Positions 10,731 to 25,086 of a DNA stretch of 64,000 nucleotides are shown one piece after another. Within the stretch, counting starts at the first letter, position 1. Each line of letters starts with the position of its first letter. The stretch is from Narcine bancroftii (lineage: Eukaryota). A model generated the notes under the pieces. It saw nothing but the letters and a program-made list of their open reading frames with translations, had not been told where the DNA came from and searched no databases. The position numbers and the translations under genes were made by a program. The stretch spans positions 77,624,001 to 77,688,000 of the forward strand of contig NC_091474.1 of the NCBI RefSeq assembly GCF_036971445.1. Reading direction: 5' to 3'.

Positions 10731-12819
10731 ATCCGCCTGTATCATGAGGGGGGGGGGGGGGGGGTCTGGGTGTCACTTCGGTGGAGGGCACTTTGCAAGG
10801 CTGCTCTGTGATGGGATCAATGTGACTTTTGTATGCTTTGATTTTCAACCGATTCAATACAAATGATATTCTGCCGGATTGCTATAAATTTTAATCAACG
10901 ATAAGGCCAACGTAACTTTTCAAATGGACTTTATTGACGTGCACAGCTTGCCAGAAGTAAAGTAACTGGAGCTTTTAAATTTCTCTGAGGCCATCACATT
11001 ATTCCTCCCACTCAGTAAGGTCAGGTACATGTGCATAATTAATAGAATTTTCCCCAGTGGTCATTACATTGACCCATTCATCTGCAAAATGAAACAAAAA
11101 GGGCTTGGCTTTGTGGAAAGCAAATATGACTCATTAATTGGTTGAAATGTATTTCCATTCTTCAAGTCATTGATAAAAGGTGATTAGATTATGACTAAGG
11201 GTTTATATCATTATGTTTTTGAATCTATAGGTCATTCTGCGGTTAAATTTGACCAAAATATGAGGCACCACTTGGCAAAATGTTGAGTTGCACAAATAGA
11301 TAACGTGCTTGACCTTGAGTTTTACTTTCACAAGTATTATATTCTCTCATGAACACAAGCAAGGTGAATGGGGTGGAACTAAAACTGAGGGAAAAAATCT
11401 GCACTGTCTCTTTTAAAATGAGTTTCAGTGATTAGTGAATTAGAAATTTTTACCATGATTTAATTAAATTTGATTACTGAATAAATATTCCAGCCATTAC
11501 TTACTCTTTTATCAACCCTTTCATCAGGCAACAGAAATTTTTGCTGTGGTAAGAATTGGCATAATCCTCTCCTATTATAACCTCTGCAACAGCCCATATA
11601 TCTCAAGTGAGTTCTCCCTCAATTGTAGCTAATCCTATTTGATCTCTTTTAGAAATATTAATGGTGTCGATGCTATGGTGTTGGTGCTGCAAAAGGAGGG
11701 TTTTAAAGTGCTCCTTCCATCTGATAGCCTAATGGCAAGGTATCATACCAGTTTAGCCGCCCATCCAGGGACATGTGAAGCCATGGATTGCAGACGGTGG
11801 ATGGTTTTTCAAGCAGATTCTACAAATTGGAATTGATGGTTGTAAAACTAAAAACGCTGGGCAGATTAATCTGCTGGATGGGTTACCCATCCACTGCAAC
11901 TGAAGAAGGCAACAGGAAACCACTTCAGTATTTTTCCCCTTGTATAATCATTAACTTCACATTGACTACGGTCTCAGCTCAAAGATGGGGCCTTCACCGA
12001 AGGAGAACAAGGGAGGCAACAACTAGAATTTTGAGGGTTAGAGATCATGAAGGATATGATCGCCCATGTTGAACGGCAAGGCACCTGAATGAATGCCTCT
12101 ACGATGTTACCCTGTTTGTTTTCTACAACCTCCAGTCATTGGTTTACACAGACACCTATTTCCTTTGGACATAGTTCCTCTATGTTGGAAATTCAGTTTA
12201 CAAACCATATTTAAGGGTTAGAGCAAAATTTACCAAAGTAATACTTTGACTCAAAGGATTAAATGACACCAGTATTTTTTCTAAGAATTTAGAAGATTAA
12301 CAAAAGATATTCTGGAGAAAGTAAGCCAAGAAAAGTAACTGATTGGCACCTGTAAAAATCTGGGCTCATAAATGAAAGTCAGCATAAAATTGTTCAAAAC
12401 AAATGAGGTTTCCACTGAATTTCTTTCAAGATCTTATAACTGTAGAAATCCTCGCCTCACGCCTTGCCTTCCCTTGGGGCTACAACTCAAGCTGATTTTT
12501 CCACTCCCAAACTGCCCATGTCTGTTTTCCTGATTTTCCCTAGAGCTCCACACCTTGGGTTTCAGTCCTTCGTCCTGACCACTCAGTTTAATTCCATGCT
12601 GTCAGCTAATGTCTGAGGCCACACATTACTGTCTTACAAAAGCCGCTGGAAGGACTGGAAAAGGAATTGAAGTTAATTTGTGGGAGTAGAATGCATGGCT
12701 GAGAATGAATTAATATTTTGCATCAGCATTCCTGCAATAAAACAAAGCACATGAATCAAGAGAAAAGATATAAAATAGGTAAAGAATATGTAGCTAAAGG
12801 GTTATCCGAATAGAAAGAA

Positions 12820-13250
12820 TATAACGACATTGCATCCCTGTTTAAAATCAGCAAGGATAATAATCTGACTGAGTGCAGTCCAGCCAGTCTAATGTCAGAG
12901 GCAAGAAACCTTGTGGACAATAACATGGAGAAAAATTAATTGGCATTTGAAGAAGTATAGTTTTATAACTAAAAGCTAGCATTGATTTGCTAAAAGGCAA
13001 ATTGCATTAGACTAATTTGATCAAGTCCTTCAAGGACTACTGGAGAGGGTTGCTAAGGGTAGTGTGATTGATGAGTCTTTCTGGATTTTAAAATAATGAT
13101 TTGACAGAGCACCACGCAATGGGCTTGTTTGCAAAGTTTAAATTTATGAGATTAAAGGGACAATGGCTCTATTGATATGAAACTGGCCAAGACAAAAAGC
13201 AGAGAGTCAGGTTTGTTTTCTTACTGGAGTGAAAGATTGAGTGGTGAATA
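12820..13250 (+). mobile_element. Old CR1 LINE RT fragment
   Basis: Degenerate equivalents of PLFK...YRP.SL, QHGF..G.SC.TNL and DF.KAFD motifs. Confidence 0.55.
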
Positions 13251-16200
13251 AAAATACAAAACAGCAGAGAGATTGGAAATAAAGCCAAACATACTGGAGA
13301 TATACCAATAGCATCCAAGGAAAGAGAAACAGGAAATGTTTCAAGTCAAAGGCCTTGACATTTTAACCATGGAAAGTGTAAAATGATGCATTTACACTAC
13401 CCTGGAGTTTCAGGACCTGAGACATTCTGTCTCCTGTATTAAAATGGACACAGTTCTTATTTTCCTCATGATGTAATCTCAAGAAGGCATTTATTGTTAT
13501 GCAGTGGTATAGTATATAAAACATTCACTTAAGAAGATTGGATAGGTGATTTCAATTCTAGATGGCCATCGATAAGCAGTCAAAAGTAGCAGGAGGCATG
13601 TCTTTCAGTTCCAAAATAAGATGTACCCAAGTAGAATAAATTTGCCAATACATGTGGTCAACCTGCTTCTGTATTTTGTCATGTTTCTTGTGACATTTGT
13701 GTGTCCTGTCCTATGAAGTAAGCCTTTTTTTTTGACAATGGATGTGCCAATCGAAGTACAGGCACACTCTTTATCAATTAACACTTCTAGTACAGGTTTG
13801 AAGATTGGTTTTTCCTTTAATTTGCAACTTTCCATCACACAGCCAAAATCTGGTAGACTAAAGCCGATGGGGAATTTATCCTTCCATCAATAATTGGGTA
13901 CAGCCTTATTGTAACTGCATTCTTCCATCAATGAGTTGCAGAGAGTTAAGCATTATTTCTCATCATTTCAAAGACTGAATCACAAGTTACCCATTACTAT
14001 ACATCCTCCACAGTTGCCTTTACCTGAGTATTCAGACCAAACAATGTGCATGACATTTACACTTTTGCATTTGTATTGGTCCTTTTTGACTTCACCATTG
14101 CTGAGATTCTGGATGAATAATTTTGTTTTTAACCCAAATAAAATATTATTTATACTTCAGAAAATTCTGGTAATTCAAGCAGAATCCATGAAAAAGAAAA
14201 AAAAAAAATATTACAGTAGAATTTCCAACAATTTATGTTTTTCCTCAGATTTCAAGAATCTGCACCATTTTGTTTTGTCACGACTCTCTTCGTGGTCACA
14301 TGATTAAATCATTTTATGTATGTATTCAAATTATGGAAGTTCAATTCATATGTGATAAAACAATGGAATATAGAGAGATGGGGCAGATTCAGTGTAATGT
14401 TCAATTCTACATTTCATAGCATCACCTATGACTTTCAGTGGATGTAATATTACTTCTTCAACTTTATCACCTTTCAGTTGGAAATATCCCTATTCCCTTC
14501 CCAATTATCTCTTCTATTCTCTTTTGCTTCTCTTTCTCCTATTGTTAGGAGCATCGAGCAATGCTCAGGATGACTTAGTCTGCTTTATGGCAGGCGAAAG
14601 TGTTACATTTTTAATCTGTTATTACATGACACTAAAAGGAACCTTGAACCTATTCTCTAATCTGCTGATGCTGCCTTTCCTTCCTTCTATTTATACAAGT
14701 CCACCTGCAACCAGAGATAAATGGCCTACAATGGCCTTTTCTCTCAATCTACCAGTAACATTCTCTGTCCTTCTCTGATTTTCTCTGTTGATATGGGGGC
14801 ACATATGCACCACATTCCACAAACTGTTAATCCCCTTGTGTCAGATGGTTCACATTTATTTCCTGTCAGATGTGGGGAAGTGTTAACTCAGTGACCAAAC
14901 AGCCATCTGAACACGTGCCGCTGATTCCATATTCTTTGATAATCACAGCTTTTGCAACACGGGTGCAGGAACACTACACCCTATCTACCATCGCAAAATA
15001 CTCATTTCCATTTCACCCACAACCTACTTTCAACCACTTTGCTTTTGGAACCTAATTATTTTTTAGAGTTTATTTGACTGACCTCCAAACTTTAAGATTC
15101 ATTAAATCAGCTCATTCAAACTTTTGCTGCCCATACCAAATACATCTGACCTTCCTCCTCTTCCTGATCTGTGCATTTCTCTATGAATCAGCCACCTTTT
15201 CATATTTCTTCTATATCTCTCACAGTTCTCCTTCCTTAAAAACCTACTGTTCCATCTCTGGGCAGTGGAATATCTCATATTCTTGGTTTGCCCTGGAATC
15301 TTCTCTCTAGGTAACTCTTAAATCTCTCATCCTTGAATCAATCTTTGATCAAACTCATTCTGAAGCGATGGTTCATACATATCTTCACCAATAGCCCCAT
15401 TTAAATGTGATGTAAATATAAATGTATTTTGTTGCAAGTGGTTTCTGGTGTTCAAACCCTCGTTACAGGTTAATTGACAAACAACATAACCACAAGTTAT
15501 CAACCATCTTGCCAAAAAGTTCAAGAAGACAAATTATTCAATGCTAAATAAATGAGACACTAACCTGCCTCTTTGTTGAATAGTTTCCATAGTTTTCTGG
15601 CCAGGATCTTTTCAAAAACTTGTAAAGCCACCAATCCACTTTACGATTTTGTACCCTCATGAATTGGAATGTTGCATACATAATGGTGAATCTGTGAGAA
15701 TGTGAAAAATATTTACATGTGGTAAGAGCATAATGGGTCCCTTTGATCAAAATAATAATGGTTATTATTTCAAAAACATGGCATCATGGCTGTTACGGAC
15801 AGCAGCAATAGAAATCCACCAAGACCATGGTATCTTCAAAACAATGATTTTTATTAATAACTAATGCATAATAACACTCCTTACTTAACTCTAACTTAAC
15901 CCCACTATGTGTGTATGTGTGGGACAAAACCAAAACCATTATAGTTTAGGCACAATTGTTAAAAAGAATATATTTTTGAAGTTCAGTCAGCTTTTTGTTG
16001 AAATTCAGATCTTTAAATTGTTGCTAAAAATAATTATGGAGTTGGTGTGAGGCTTCAGACTACTCAAAACTCAGGAAATTCTTGTAGAGTTGTTGTCAGA
16101 GAAATATTTCTTCACATGAATGATTTCCCCTTCTTGCACTGCCAGAGGCAAGGGTTACACAAAGTGCCATATAGAAATGGACACAATGAATCTGTCCTCT

Positions 16201-17427
16201 TTTCAGAGATAGCTGAAGTGGTGTTTCCTTGCCACTGTATTTCTCATGTGAAGAGAATACAATCAGAGATCCTCTCCTGAGTGCGTCTCATTTCTGACCT
16301 CAGATTTGTTTTCGGTGCAATATTAAAACACAGATTTTCAAAAGGATTTAATCACATGACCATGACATCACTCCTGATTTCTGTTTGAAGTTTCTCTCTT
16401 CCAAAAGTTTTACGACCAAACTCTTCTGGATTGTCTGCCGAAGCAACAAACAAAACTTAAATGCTTCTGAGTTTTCATTCTAACAACATAGGTGGGCAAA
16501 CAGTCTTCTTTTGAACCAGATGTTCTCCTTGAGCACACACCATTGTTCCAGCAAGTGAATGAACCATTCAATTCGAATTTCAATGAAGTTTTTGTGGTTG
16601 TTTACCCAGCTTCAACCAACAATGGTTTAACAGACATTTCCACTTTCAAAATGGTTTCCATGTCCATCCTTAAAACCTTACTAATAAATATTTATAATAA
16701 CTAAAGATTAAATTATTAAAACGTAGTTTCCCATCTGTACTCCATCTACATAAAATATATGTAAACTCGGTCGGTGAAGGGATCTATATGTATGGAAGGG
16801 GAGAGGGAGGGACTGGTTTGCTTATGTTTTTGTTCTGTTTGTGAGGGAAAAGTTTAATATATTGTACATTTAAAATGTTATAATGCATATTTTTTTAAAC
16901 ACAATTAAACACAAGGCACAGACTTGCATTAAACCTAAGGACACGTGCCTACACGCCAAGAATTAATGCACTTTCACGGATGCTTTTGTGTTTATTGGCA
17001 CACTTTTCCAGAAATATTTCGTCCAATTCGCTACTGTGGTGACGGGGAGACCCCACCCAGGACAAAAAAACATGATGAGAGGTTTGTAGAATGCCCATTA
17101 AAATGTTACTTGTCAGGTCCAAAGTTAAGGGAACGAGTTGACATCAGCAATATGAAACGGGGATGGCAAAAGACGCCGATTTAATGAATTGACAATCAGC
17201 AAATGAGCTAAACCAGGGAACTAGAAGCGATTTCAAAATCTGTCGGGTTATTAAATTCTTGATGAATATTGCGGGGCAGTTTGGATCACGGAAACCCACA
17301 ACACAGCTTTGAAAATGAGAATCTCAACAATTCTTCTCTGCACATTAACGCTGTAGCTTCTTTTTAGTGGATGAATTATGTTCTACTTGTGCTTCCGCAG
17401 AACCACCTCAGAATCACCGAAACTTAC

Positions 17428-17519
17428 GACGTAAAGGTCGGAAGTATAACCCCCCCACCGCTCTTCAGATTGAGTTTAGAGACCCCCCCCCCTCCTTCAG
17501 CATGAGTTTAGACTTTATA
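17428..17519 (-). promoter_or_regulatory. Candidate cholinergic-locus distal (R-type) promoter and short non-coding first exon
   Basis: TATAAA at 17519-17514 and GTAAGT donor at 17427-17422, in a CpG-rich segment (about 17400-18300) with an RE1 about 1.3 kb upstream. Confidence 0.5.
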
Positions 17520-18798
17520 GCTCACTCCCGCTCCCCGTGGAGTCTCTCTTCCCCATCAGCTCTCGTACCGCGCTCCTGAATGGGACAACCGCAAGGCGCA
17601 CCTTTGCTGTCACAGATCAATCGGTGTCCCATTTACAAGAGGTGATCTCGGCCGAGTGAAAAGGACAGCACAATTAAAATAATTAACCCGCATCGATGAG
17701 AGGGATGTGATTTGCCACTTCGTCTTTGTCGCATCGATCTCGCCTCCGCTGGGCTCTTTCGAAAACACGTCTCCTGCTCGGCTTTCTCACGACCCTTGCT
17801 CAGCGCTCGACGCTTGTTGACCTTCGGACCATCAACAGTGAGCGAGATCTCAAAACAAAGACAACACCAAACGGTGTTCACACCCTCCCGGCGAACGATG
17901 ATGAAACGCGCGGCCCACAAGCATGTACACTTGCCTTTGTGCCTGCCGCCGCCTCTCCCGCGAACCACAATAAACAGAATCAAGCAGAAGGGATCAACGG
18001 GATTCATTCCCCACGTGTTGAGTCAGAAATCCTGCAGGCATTGCTAATTTTACCCATTCCACTAAAAAACAATGGATAGCACGCGGGAGCCTAATTTTAA
18101 AGACGAGAACCGTTTAAATTAGAATCGTTAACTACATCTGGAGATGTTGAAAGTTATCAATCGGTAGCTGAGGTCGGGGTTCCTTCGTTTACGCGAAACG
18201 TCGGCAAATGACGTGGAAATCTTAACTGGGCGGCTTTGACATGATCTCTCCAGGTCTTCATGCATTCACCCACTTCCTCGATTCTACTTGTCTCCTGTCC
18301 TCCGTTCCATTTCTTCCGTTTTCCTTGATCTAGATTCTCTGATGCATGGTCAATGAACTATGCCAAAGGTTCTCAACTTCCTTTCCCCATTCACATGCCA
18401 CTTTAAGTCATCCCTTACTCACCACAGAGCACCCATGGCATCCTGTGGTGAGAGATGACTTGAGGTGATGTGTGGAGAAAAAGAAAGGTTGAGGACCACA
18501 TAGCACGCAGTCTTGGAGTATTGGAAGGGGTCTCTGGCAACGGCTATTTGTGGGGCACACCATTAAAATGTTTTAATGGGAACTCAGAAGTTGACCCTGA
18601 AGTCAACGCGAATTGTTCTCTTTGGATTTAAATTAAGCTTTTTGCTTGAAATTCTTTCGATGAAACTATTTCTACATAAAAGCTATTTTAATAACTATGG
18701 ATTTCTTGGCTCTGTTTTATTAGTGTCCAATTCAAATGAATTCCTGGGAAGGAAAGATTTGTAGCATTGATTTGAAACATATTTATTACCTGGTTCTA

Positions 18799-18819
18799 TT
18801 CAGGACCACGGAGAGCGCT
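18799..18819 (+). promoter_or_regulatory. RE1/NRSE (REST-binding site)
   Basis: TTCAGGACCACGGAGAGCGCT matches consensus TTCAGCACCACGGACAGCGCC at 18/21 positions. The mammalian cholinergic locus has an upstream NRSE. Confidence 0.75.
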
Positions 18820-18994
18820 TGACAGCTCAGCGAGACTGGAGCGCCACTGCGCGGTGAACCGGGATAAATGCAACTTCATCGATTGGGTTCAATACACCTC
18901 CAGCTCCCTCCACCGGTTGATATTTGCAATTGTTTTTGAAATAATGATTCAATTAAATGTTATCCATTTGTTTTCAGAATTATCTTCTCAATTC

Positions 18995-19890
18995 CGCATA
19001 GTTTGCTGATGACACAAAGGGAGGAGGCCTCGTGGGCAGTGACGAAACTTTTCAAAGCTTGCAGAGGGATCTGGACCTACTCGGAGAATGAGCCAGAAAA
19101 TGGATGTTGGGGTTCATTGCAGACAAGTGGGAGGTGTTGCAGTTTGGATGAGAAAATCAACAAAGGAAGTAACCTGTAAATTGTAGGGCACTGAGGAGTG
19201 CGGAGGAACAAAGAGACCTGGGGATACAGGTACATTGTTCCCTGAAAGTGGCGTCACAGGTGGACGAGGTTGTAAAGAAAACTTTTGGCATCATGGCCTT
19301 TATAAATCAAAGTATTGAATATAGGAGTTGGGATGTTATGATAAAGTTGTGTCAGACATTGATGAGACCAAATTTGAAGTCCTGCATGCAATTTCAGTCT
19401 CCGAACTACAGGAAAGATATCAATAAGATTGAAAGCGTTCAGAGAAGATTTACAAGGATGATGGCGGGACTTGAGGAACTGAGTTACAGGGAAAGATTAG
19501 AATTTTATTCCCTGGATCTTCAGAGAATTAGAGGGGATTTGATGAAGGTATACAAAAATTATGATGGTTATAAGATAGACAAAATGCAAGCAGACTTTTT
19601 CCACTGAGGTTGGGTGAGATAAGAACATGAGTTAAAAGTGAAAGGCAAAATGTTTAAAGGGAACATTACAGGGAACTTCTTCACACAGAAAGTAGTGAGA
19701 GTGGAAACAAGTTGCCAGATGAAGTGATGAATACGGGCTTGATTTCAACATTGAGCTACAATTTGGATAGGTACGTATGGTAGGTGGGAGAGGCATGGAT
19801 GCCTATGGTCAGTGCAGATCAGTAGGTCTGGGCAGAGTAATTATTTTTTACAGACCAGTTGGGCTGAAGGGCCAGTTTCTTTGCTGTAAC
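18995..19890 (+). mobile_element. CR1 LINE 3' fragment
   Basis: FADDTK, LMRPNL..C.QF.SP.YRKDI..IESVQRRFTRM, GLEELSYRERL, RIRGDL motifs, plus a CR1-type 3' UTR. Confidence 0.88.
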
Positions 19891-19984
19891 GTTCAATGGT
19901 TCTATCACCTTAGTGGCTTGGTATCGGAATCCATATGGGAAACTCTCTGATTTTATTTTGTAAACCAACCAATTTATAAAATTT

Positions 19985-20225
19985 GTTTTAAATCTTACAT
20001 TTGGACATACAGCACGGTAACAAACCCTTCCAGTTCTTGAGCCTGCGCTGCCCAATTACACTCAATTGACCTACAATCCCCGTACATTTTGAAAGGAGGG
20101 TGTTAACTGGAGCACCCAGAGGAAACCCATGCAGTCACGGGGAGAACGTGCAAACTCCTTCCAGAAAGTGTCGGATTTGAACCTGGGCCGCTGATGCTGT
20201 AACAGTGTTGTGCTAACTGTGTCAC
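19985..20225 (-). mobile_element. tRNA-derived SINE. Other copies at about 1555-1800, 9000-9200, 20480-20675, 24570-24770, 25430-25645, 29925-30117, 36950-37170, 39575-39785, 43555-43772, 55525-55750 and 57455-57675
   Basis: B-box-like ggttcaaatcc, shared body ggagtttg.acgttctccccgtg and tail gttaccgtgctgtatgtc. Confidence 0.75.
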
Positions 20226-20954
20226 CTTTTCCAAAGATGCTTTTTTATTTTTAACTCAACACTGAGGGTTACCAGTTGATATTTGCATATAATCATAACC
20301 ACGTTAAATCTGACTGGATGGAACATACTTTTTGCATTTGGATGGCACTCCTTCCCAAGGTTTAACCCCTCTGATGACATTCCTGGTTCAGCAATGAATT
20401 GGCTTTGAATTAATGCTAACTGTTTTCCCTAATGATGGTAATAGTTTATGATTAAGAATGTTAATACCTAACAATAGGCTTCGTGGTTAATGCAACTCTA
20501 TTACAGCGCCAGTGACCTGGCTTCAAATCAGGACTGTATGGAAGGAGTTTGTACATTCTCCCCGTAACTTGCCTGGGTTTTCTCTGAATGCGCTGGTTTC
20601 CTCCCACCCTCCAAACCCTCAAGGTTTGCAATATAATTGGGCATAGTTGTTTTATGGCCAGAAAGGCCATGTTCATTCATTAAAACCTTTTTAAAAATCA
20701 ACAATAAAATGCTGGAAACATAACCTTGTGCTCAGGCAGCATCTATGGGAAGGGAAATAAAGTTAAGGTTTCAGGTCAAAGACTTTTTGTCAGAATATGT
20801 AACAGAGAGATGAGGGTCCCACTGACTCCCACCAACATCTGCTGGCATTGAGCTCTCTTCACAAGAAACAGCTTGAGGAGAGAGTTTGTTATTCTTCTGC
20901 TAGAAGACAAAGGTTTCAAATAAGCTGCATCACAAGTCATCATCTTCTATACCT

Positions 20955-21303
20955 ATACAATTTGTCAAGTCAAGATGGTCCTGGGTGCAGCACAACCATT
21001 TATAACATACATAATGACAAGCAATACATATGCAGGATAAGTATTCATCTATACAAATAAATAGTTTAATGAATATGAGAGTCTCGGGTGGTCAGCGTGA
21101 GCAGTTCCTTTGGTCGTTCAGCATTCTCACTGCCCGTGGGATGAAACTGTTCCTCAGCCTGGTGGTGCTGGCTCTGATCCTCCTGGATCACCTCCCCGAC
21201 GGCAGCAGCTGAAAGATGCTGAAAGGTGGAAGGGGTCCTTGATGGTTTTGCGCGCCCTCTTCAGACAACGATCCTGGTGGATCATGTCGGTGGGTGGGAG
21301 GGT
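20955..21303 (-). mobile_element. Rex1/Babar-like non-LTR retrotransposon 3' fragment (related copy at 49365-49850)
   Basis: RCLKRARK.I.D.FH C-terminal coding remnant, short-repeat tail, and near identity with the 49.4-49.8 kb copy. Confidence 0.65.
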
Positions 21304-22064
21304 ACCCCACTTAGACACATAGTTTCCAAATATAGTGGTGTATGCAAGAAGAATGAATTGAAATGCACTGCTGCCTGGTTTAAACATTCTGCTACCAAGC
21401 AATTGATAAAATGAACTCCCATAGTGATGAAAATGAGCAAGTATGATGTTGTTGAATTATATTAATCGGACCTTTTAGTTTCAGAATGATATGACACTAG
21501 ATATTGCTGGCAGCTGCTTGAACGATTCTGGTACAGTACAATCTTGCAATTGACACATCAGGAATTTCATGAATATGTGCTCAATGAACTTCTTTCATAC
21601 CCAAAGAATTACAACATTTTCTCACTTGTCACCTCTGTGATTAGTAAGGGATTACTGAAGGTGGTATGAGAGTGGAAAGAAAAAATTTGAAAACCACTAC
21701 TCTGGAGTATGAAAACAGGCTTAAAGACAGATTTTCTTTGCAGCATCAGGCTCCTGAATGAACCCCATAACAATGCTCTCATGCTGCCTTTGGTTGGGGA
21801 TAATTGATCTTCCTTTTCATTCTAATCCAATACTCTGAAAATTGTGTTCTTGACACAGATGTATGAGATAACCTGTTCGGCTGTTCACATAAGACCCCAT
21901 CTCACTGTATGAGGTATTTAGCCTGGCCCGCAGGAAAAAGAATCTCAGGATTGTATGTGATGTCCAGTACGGACTCTGACAATACATCTGAACTTTGATC
22001 TTTGAATTTTGTAACAAACGTAAAAACTTAAATAAAGAGAGTAGATAAAATTCCAATTGTCGCA

Positions 22065-22868
22065 AAACACAGCTCGAAACACTTCATCAAGTTTTCTGGC
22101 GACACGATCGTGGTGGGCCTTCTTAGTGAGAATGAGGAGTCAGCGTTCAGAGATGAGGTGCAGTCGCTAATGGACTGGTACATGGCCAACGACCTGTATA
22201 TGGATGATTATAAAACAAAAGAGATGGTTGTTGACTTCAGGAGGGCCCGGGGTAGGGGGAAATCACTCTCTGCTGACCATTGATGGCTCTACCATTGAAG
22301 TCATCATGAATATCAAGTTACTTGGAGTGCACTTGGTGGAGAATTACACCTGGTTCCTTAACACCAGGTCTGTAGCCAAGAAAGACCAGCAGCGCCTCTA
22401 CTTCCTGTGAAGGCTGAGGAAAGTCCATCTCCCACCCTCCGTCCTCACTACATTCTACAGAGGATGTATCGAGAGCATCCTGTGCAACTGCATCACTGCC
22501 TGGTTTGGAAGCTGCACCTCCTCGGACCGCAAGACCCTGCAGAGGATAGTGAAGTCAGCGTATGGATATCTACAACACAATAAACATAGTGAGGGACTCA
22601 TCACACCCTTCATGTAAACTGTTCTCCCTTCTGCCTTCTGGTAGGAGGTACTGTAGCACTTGGGCCCTTAAGTCCAGTTTCTTCCCGCAAGCCGTCAGGC
22701 TCCTGAATTCCCAGAACATATGTGGATAGTGTACTGTGGACCTTTGCTGTTTCATTAATATTTTAACTTATATTTATGTAAATCTGCTCCGTGGTCCTGG
22801 AGAAATGCTATCTTATCTTTACTAGGCGATGCATGGTATGAACAATAAATAAAATTGACTTGACTTGA
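22065..22868 (+). mobile_element. Rex1/Babar-like retrotransposon 3' portion
   Basis: KF..DT.VVGL, KTKEMVVDFR and QQRLYFL.RLRK motifs; aataaa followed by a (ttgac)n tail. Confidence 0.75.
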
Positions 22869-25086
22869 CGTGGAAGTTCCCTAAAGTCAATGATTATCTC
22901 TTTCACCTCATTGACCTCACCTAGAGAGAGGTGGTTATGTTGGCACTGTGCCATGAGACTTCCAAACTCCTTCTTAAATTCTCTTTTTGTCTTTAACAGC
23001 TCATTTTTTCACTCCCTTTTCTCAATCGCTTTATTGTCAAGTCAAGTTTATTGTCCTCTGATTGCACAAATACAGCCTTCTCTGGTCCTTGGTGCAAAAC
23101 AGGCAGACATACAACTAGATGCTACACTCATACTGACAAACAATACATATACAGGACAAATATTCATCTCTAGAAATGCATAAATAAATATTGCTTTGTA
23201 AATATGAAAGTCTCAGATAGTTTGTGTGAGCACATTCTGAGGGATTTTAGTGCTGAGTTGTGATGCGATTTTGAGTGTGATTTAAGGACTTGAGAAACAT
23301 AATTTTGTCTTGTCGATGAGTCCAAAGGAAGTAAGGTGTTAATCACATAATTTTCCAATGAAGATGTGTTAATGTAATTACAACCGTCCATTATTTGCTT
23401 TTGTGAGATAATTCTTTACACTGTCATCCAAGACCAACCTCTGCAGTGAAGCTAGAAGGTTACTGTGGTTTACCTTCGCAATCAATTAATTTGGTAATTA
23501 ACAACTTCCCTTTAGATCTGCAAAATATATCACCATATATCCTAAAATGTCAAAGGAAAACAGTTTTATTATTCTCCATTCCAATGTCTAATTGGTGAAT
23601 GAACAGAGAACCCATAAGATAGGCACAGATTGGGGAAGCAATCAACGGTATTTTGGTTTAACATGTCGACATCAGAGGACTACAATCCCTAGCTGCGTTT
23701 TCAATTGCTCAGATGTTGACATAAGTTTGAATAATCTTTTCTAAATTCCATCGGATACTTAGTCCATTTATCAAGGGATTTTTAAAAACAGTTTTATGAA
23801 TGTTTACCAGGCTAAACCTTCTTCAGCTCGGTTAGAAAAAGGAAACACTGTGAAGTAAACTGCTCCCGCTCAAGAGCTCCCTTTATTCAAGATGGACTTA
23901 GTGACTGCTTGACAATGACTTAGAATTTTTTTGTCTCGTTTTATTTATATAATTATTTTTTCAATTAATTTCATTGATTCACTTCAAATTTTAATTCAAT
24001 TTAATTTAGAGATGCAGCAAGGTAACAGGCCCTTCCAGCCTACGAATACACCAATTAACCAACAAACCCCATGTATTTGCTTTTGGAAATACAATAGATT
24101 ATATTTTTGAAAATGGCATTGAGAAATCATTGTATCCCACCCCCACAGATGTAGAATTTAATCTGTGGGGTGGCACGGTTAGCGCAAACAATCATGGTGA
24201 CACTATTGCAGCGCCAGCGATCGTGATTTCGAATCCCGCCAGGTTTGGATTAACCATTGAACCAAATAAGCACGTGCTTAGGCCACCGAGGGAAGGAGAT
24301 TTTTCCAGTGCCGGATTGGCCATGATGCAGCTGAACTAGGGCCCCGCAATTTGCATTTTTTCCCTATTGCCCTAGTTATAAGTAAATAATTTGCTTTTAC
24401 TGCTACTTAGTGTTAAATAATTTAGTGTTAAATAAAAAAGTTTAAATAGGTTATACACAATATAGTTGTGGGATCTGGCCTGGAAGAAAACTGAATTTTT
24501 AATCTATTATCAACTCTTATTGGGTCTTAATGTCTTGTCACTTGGACAATGGAAGGGTCGAGGGGGAACAGTGCTTAGGGCATCAATTGGACTTAATCTG
24601 ACCCTGAATCTGGTGGTATCTGTAAGTAAGTGCTCCCTGTTTCTGTGTGAGTTTCCTCCAGGTGCTCCGGGTTCCTCCCACCATCTAAAATGTAGGGGGT
24701 TGCAGGTTAATTAGGGTGAAATTGGGCAAGCCGAGTTGAAATGGCTGGAACTGGGCTTCTTCTGAGTCTGTAATTCAAAAAAAATCTCAATTTAAACAGG
24801 AGCAAAAGCCATCTCTGATTGTAATATTCGAGCTCCACGGGGACTAAACAGTAGACGGGTACACCAAAGGACTCAAACACACAGAGAACAAAAATCATTT
24901 ATTTGAAATATTTGTAATTCTTTGGGTTAAAGGAAGTTTGGAATTTAACGGCCGTGTTCATGTTTAGAACTACATTTATTCAGACATGTTACATGTTAAG
25001 ATGTTGTGAAAGCTGCGTAACAAACAGGTCAGGTTAATAATTTTGCTCTCTGACTTTTAGTTCATTTTCCATTGGTTTTTCTATAA

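Noticed and set aside
15791-16490. Possible LTR (TGT start, minus-strand AATAAA)
   Set aside because: No clear 3' end or TSD could be identified.
17633-18079. Three overlapping 110-124 aa ORFs
   Set aside because: Expected by chance in a CpG island; no homology recognised.
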